This document shows positions 17,122 to 20,017 of a DNA stretch of 20,017 bases, one piece after another. The stretch is taken from positions 1 to 20,017 of the forward strand of contig JAVKJW010000037.1 in NCBI GenBank assembly GCA_031458695.1, read 5' to 3'. The position numbers and the translations under genes were made by a program. The notes beneath the pieces are model-generated. The model was given only the letters and a program-made list of their open reading frames with translations, did no database searches and was not told the DNA's origin. The DNA is from Candidatus Thermofontivivens primus (lineage in GTDB: Bacteria > Sysuimicrobiota > Sysuimicrobiia > Sysuimicrobiales > Thermofontiviventaceae). Numbering within the stretch: position 1 is the stretch's first letter; every line of letters starts with the position of its first letter.

Positions 17122-17412
17122 TCAATGCTTTGTGGGTGGCCACTGTGTGGTGAGGATCTGGAGGTGGTCAACAACCTCTTGCCAGATCGCCTGATGGATC
17201 TGCGTGAGGTAAGTGAGCGTCACCCCCAACTCAAGATCCTCTGCATGGGCGTGTTCGCCAATTGCCTTGAGCACCTCTGCGTAAGCCTGGCACAAGCCAA
17301 TGACGAGCTCATGGGCGTGCACATTCAGGCGGGACACCTGATGGAGGATGCGCCGGCACACGCGATTTGGCTGTCCAAAACGGATCTCCCAGCATAGAGA
17401 TTGTGGATTCAT
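17122..17412 (-). CDS. Small hypothetical His-rich helical protein (96 aa)
   Basis: GGAGGGAG RBS before the ATG. It fills the gap between the T4SS promoter and the divergent regulator and has a candidate promoter upstream. No family recognised. Confidence 0.55.
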   Translation of the reverse strand: MNPQSLCWEIRFGQPNRVCRRILHQVSRLNVHAHELVIGLCQAYAEVLKAIGEHAHAEDLELGVTLTYLTQIHQAIWQEVVDHLQILTTQWPPTKH

Positions 17413-17486
17413 CGCTCCCTCCAGGGAAAATATTTTAATAGCCTAGCAGGAAATATTGTAAGATTGGGCGAATTGCGTTTAGCCAC

Positions 17487-17514
17487 AGTCTACCAAAACT
17501 TTCTTCCTCGTCAA
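17487..17514 (-). promoter_or_regulatory. Putative promoter for the 96-aa ORF, in the divergent region
   Basis: TTGACG (17514-17509)-16 nt-TAGACT (17492-17487) with TG extended -10. Confidence 0.45.
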
Positions 17515-17577
17515 TAAGACTCACTCAACATCGCAGCGTGACACGGTCAAATTTCCATCATGAAGGAGGATGCATGC

Positions 17578-18894
17578 ATGACACTTGGGGAGAAGATACG
17601 AACCACGAGACTCGCCCTTGGGATGACTCAAGCTCAGCTTGCAGGGCAGGACTTCTCCGTAAGCTTCATCTGCAAGGTTGAACGGGGATCGGTGAAGCCT
17701 TCTCTGCGTTCCTTAGCAGTCCTGGCAAGAAAACTCCGCCGTCCTCTTAGTTATTTCATGGAGGGAACGTTCTCCCAAGAAGAAGCGAGCACGAACCTAG
17801 CATTTGGTTTTGCCTACCTGAGCCACGAGGATCTCTCAAAAGCAAGCGAATACCTCCACCGTGTGCTAGAGTTAGCTCGGGCCTTGGAGGAACCCCTCCT
17901 CAATGCCGGGGCCATTATGGGCCTTGCCGCTGTTGCCTTATCCCGTGGAGAGCTCCCACGTGCTGCTCGCATGCTCGGTGAAGCTAGAGCGATCTTCCAG
18001 CGCCATCGACGTTCTGAGGATCTCGCCCAACTCACTCTCTTGGAGGGAAACCTCAGGATGGCTCGCCATGACTTTGAGGGAGCTCTGAAAGCTTATCTTG
18101 AAGCCCTAGACCTAGTAGGGGAAGAGGGGATAAAGTCCCTCCTCAAAGCGGAGATCCTCATTGCAGTGGGAGATGCCCGGAGAAAGCTAGGCCTCTCCTC
18201 GGAAGCCGCAACAACCTACTTAGAGGCCCTTGTGTTAGACGAGGAACGGTTAGATCTGCGGCACATCAGCCTCCACGATCTCAAACAGGCGGAAGAGCAC
18301 TTCCGTGCCGGTGATCTAGATAAGACCCAGGCGGCGTTGGAGCATGCAACAACCCTCATGCGCCTCCACCAGGCCTACCGTCGGATTGCCCGAGGTTATG
18401 AGGCCCTGGGCGAGCTCCAAGCATCCCAGGGGAGGTGGCAAGAGTCTTGTCAGAGCTTTGCACGAAGCGTTGAGATGTTCTCCCGCTTGGGGGAGCTGGC
18501 AAATAGCTCGCAGGCCGCGCTCGGGATGGCTCAGGCCCATTTCGCTGCAGGAGAGCTTGGGAAGGCTCTCCAGATTTGCAAAGGTCTTCTCGGGAGCTCA
18601 ACGAGTAAACAGGTCCGTGCGGAAATTCACTACCTCATGGGACGGATCTACCGGACGCGTCGACAGTGGCGACGGGCCCGGTCCCACCTGGAAGAGAGCC
18701 TAGCTCTCCTAGAGCAAACACAACATCGTGATCAGCTTGCTTCTGTCGCAAGAGATCTTGCCTTGCTCCTTGCGGAGCAAGGGAGAGAAAAAGAAGCCAT
18801 TCTTTACTTTCAGAAATCGGCGACAGCCCTAAGCCAGGATGGTGTCTGGCCCGCGGTGGAAAGGATACGCACGAGGTCCAAACTTAGGAGGTAA
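17578..18894 (+). CDS. XRE-family HTH transcriptional regulator with C-terminal TPR repeats (RRNPP-like architecture)
   Basis: LGEKIRTTRLALGMTQAQLAG.DFSVSFICKVERGSVKPSLRSL..LARKL HTH followed by many TPR-like helical repeats. AGGAGG RBS favours ATG 17578. Confidence 0.9.
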   Translation: MTLGEKIRTTRLALGMTQAQLAGQDFSVSFICKVERGSVKPSLRSLAVLARKLRRPLSYFMEGTFSQEEASTNLAFGFAYLSHEDLSKASEYLHRVLELARALEEPLLNAGAIMGLAAVALSRGELPRAARMLGEARAIFQRHRRSEDLAQLTLLEGNLRMARHDFEGALKAYLEALDLVGEEGIKSLLKAEILIAVGDARRKLGLSSEAATTYLEALVLDEERLDLRHISLHDLKQAEEHFRAGDLDKTQAALEHATTLMRLHQAYRRIARGYEALGELQASQGRWQESCQSFARSVEMFSRLGELANSSQAALGMAQAHFAAGELGKALQICKGLLGSSTSKQVRAEIHYLMGRIYRTRRQWRRARSHLEESLALLEQTQHRDQLASVARDLALLLAEQGREKEAILYFQKSATALSQDGVWPAVERIRTRSKLRR

Positions 18895-18930
18895 ACCCTG
18901 AGAAGGGCGGTGAAGGGGGCGATCGGTGAT

Positions 18931-19224
18931 TCAGTATTGGGCGAGGACCTCAATCAATTCCTCCGCAGCGCCATCTAGAGAGAGATCTCGCGTCAAGTTA
19001 GGAGACCGCGTGCCTGGAGCCGGGAACACAGTCCCATCCCTAGAGATGTACCTCCTGTTGCGCATCCAGTGAAAGATCCGTTCGGCGATCTCCATGTACA
19101 GCGGCACCGCCTCAAAGGCCTCCCACACCGCCTCGAGTTCCCAGACAAGCTTTCGGAGAGGCCAGGTAAAGAACTTTTTCCAGAGGCTCCCCGCACAATC
19201 GCAGGATAGTCGATGCCAGTCCAA
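18931..19224 (-). CDS. Hypothetical protein (97 aa)
   Basis: TTG start with AGGAAGGGGG upstream. It fills the space between the regulator and acs. Trp-rich, no family recognised. Confidence 0.4.
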   Translation of the reverse strand: MDWHRLSCDCAGSLWKKFFTWPLRKLVWELEAVWEAFEAVPLYMEIAERIFHWMRNRRYISRDGTVFPAPGTRSPNLTRDLSLDGAAEELIEVLAQY

Positions 19225-19335
19225 CGCGATCCCCCCTTCCTAGAGCCCTGTCTCATCCTCCAGGATCGGTCATCTCCTAGGAAACTTGACAGAAGATCTC
19301 CAGGAAGGCAGGACAGAGGATCTTCGTAGGGGTAC

Positions 19336-20017
19336 TCAGCTTCCCTCCCCGTACTTCTCCTCGTACATCTCGCGGAGGTGTTGCACAACCGAAGGATCGG
19401 CCAGCGTGGTTGTATCCCCAAGCACACGCCCTTCAGCGATATCCCGCAGGAGCCGCCGCATGATCTTCCCTGACCGGGTCTTGGGAAGCTCGGCTGTGAA
19501 AAATATCTCTGCAGGCCTTGCAAAAGTTCCAATCCGCTTCGCTACGTACTCTTTCAACTCCTCCCGCAACCCATCGCCGGTTTCGAATCCTTGTCGGATA
19601 GTAACGAAGGCCACGGGGATCTGTCCTTTGACCATGTCGCTCTTGCCAATGACAGCAGCTTCTGCAGTGGTAGGGTGCTCGACAAGCACGCTCTCCATTT
19701 CCATGGTACTGATGCGGTGTCCAGCCACATTGATCACATCGTCCACCCGGCCGAGGAGCCAGAAGTACCCATCGCGATCTTTCATGGCTGCATCTCCCGT
19801 GAAATAGAACCCCGGGTAGCGGGCCCAGTATACCTCGACGTAGCGGTCTGGGTCCCCCCAGAGGGTGCGGGAGATGGCAGGCCATGGCTTTGTCAGGATC
19901 AGGTATCCTGGCGTACCATCCGGGACCGGCTTGCCTTCTTCATCGACCACTTCTGGGAAGATCCCAGGAAGCGGCTTCGTGGCAGATCCCGGTTTCATAG
20001 GGATGATGCCCGGGAGG
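19336..20017 (-). CDS. acs: Acetyl-CoA synthetase (AMP-forming), C-terminal part; 5' end lies beyond the window
   Basis: Frame open to the window end ([18 protein letters not shown]). Motifs [28 protein letters not shown] and [15 protein letters not shown], ending GDTTTLADP. Confidence 0.95.
   Translation of the reverse strand, partial: LPGIIPMKPGSATKPLPGIFPEVVDEEGKPVPDGTPGYLILTKPWPAISRTLWGDPDRYVEVYWARYPGFYFTGDAAMKDRDGYFWLLGRVDDVINVAGHRISTMEMESVLVEHPTTAEAAVIGKSDMVKGQIPVAFVTIRQGFETGDGLREELKEYVAKRIGTFARPAEIFFTAELPKTRSGKIMRRLLRDIAEGRVLGDTTTLADPSVVQHLREMYEEKYGEGS

Noticed and set aside
18895..19075. Signalling-peptide gene downstream of the XRE-TPR regulator
   Set aside because: The small plus-strand ORF I found (GTG start, VIQYWARTS..., 48 aa) has no signal peptide and is antisense to the 97-aa ORF.
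19292..19325. GAAGATC...GATCTTC hairpin after acs as a terminator
   Set aside because: Large loop and no U-tract, so too weak to call.
7690..19335. Complete ICE or integrated plasmid
   Set aside because: No integrase, relaxase, coupling protein, replication gene, tRNA target or flanking direct repeats were recognised by eye.
1..20017. CRISPR array, tRNA/rRNA genes, IS elements
   Set aside because: No regularly spaced repeats, structural RNA signatures or transposase ORFs were seen. Intergenic gaps are all short.

Overview
Bacterial chromosomal window. Housekeeping genes lie on the left (peptide ABC permease, URO-D-like enzyme, DUF1028 Ntn-hydrolase, GNAT, suhB-type IMPase, thermitase-like S8 protease, nth, HAD hydrolase) and on the right (3' part of acetyl-CoA synthetase). 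Between them is an ~11 kb accessory block (~7.7-18.9 kb) on the minus strand encoding an atypical type IV secretion/mating-pair-formation system: tandem ribbon-helix-helix protein, VirB9/TraK-like, Ycf45/SpoIIIAA-type AAA ATPase, VirB10-like, VirB2 pilin, VirB3-like, VirB4, VirB5/TrbJ-like, VirB6-like and an exported unknown protein. A divergent XRE-HTH/TPR (RRNPP-like) regulator sits next to it. I recognise no relaxase, VirD4 coupling protein, VirB8, VirB1, canonical VirB11, integrase or att site in the window. Two features are missed by the ORF track. The first is an ArsC/Spx-family gene with an in-frame TGA in a UxxC motif followed by a SECIS-like hairpin (predicted selenoprotein, 7265-7633). 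The second is a near-consensus internal promoter (TTGACA-17-TATTAT) covered by a perfect 10-bp inverted repeat, which appears to give a leaderless transcript for the core T4SS genes. All protein calls come from motif recognition by eye, not database searches.
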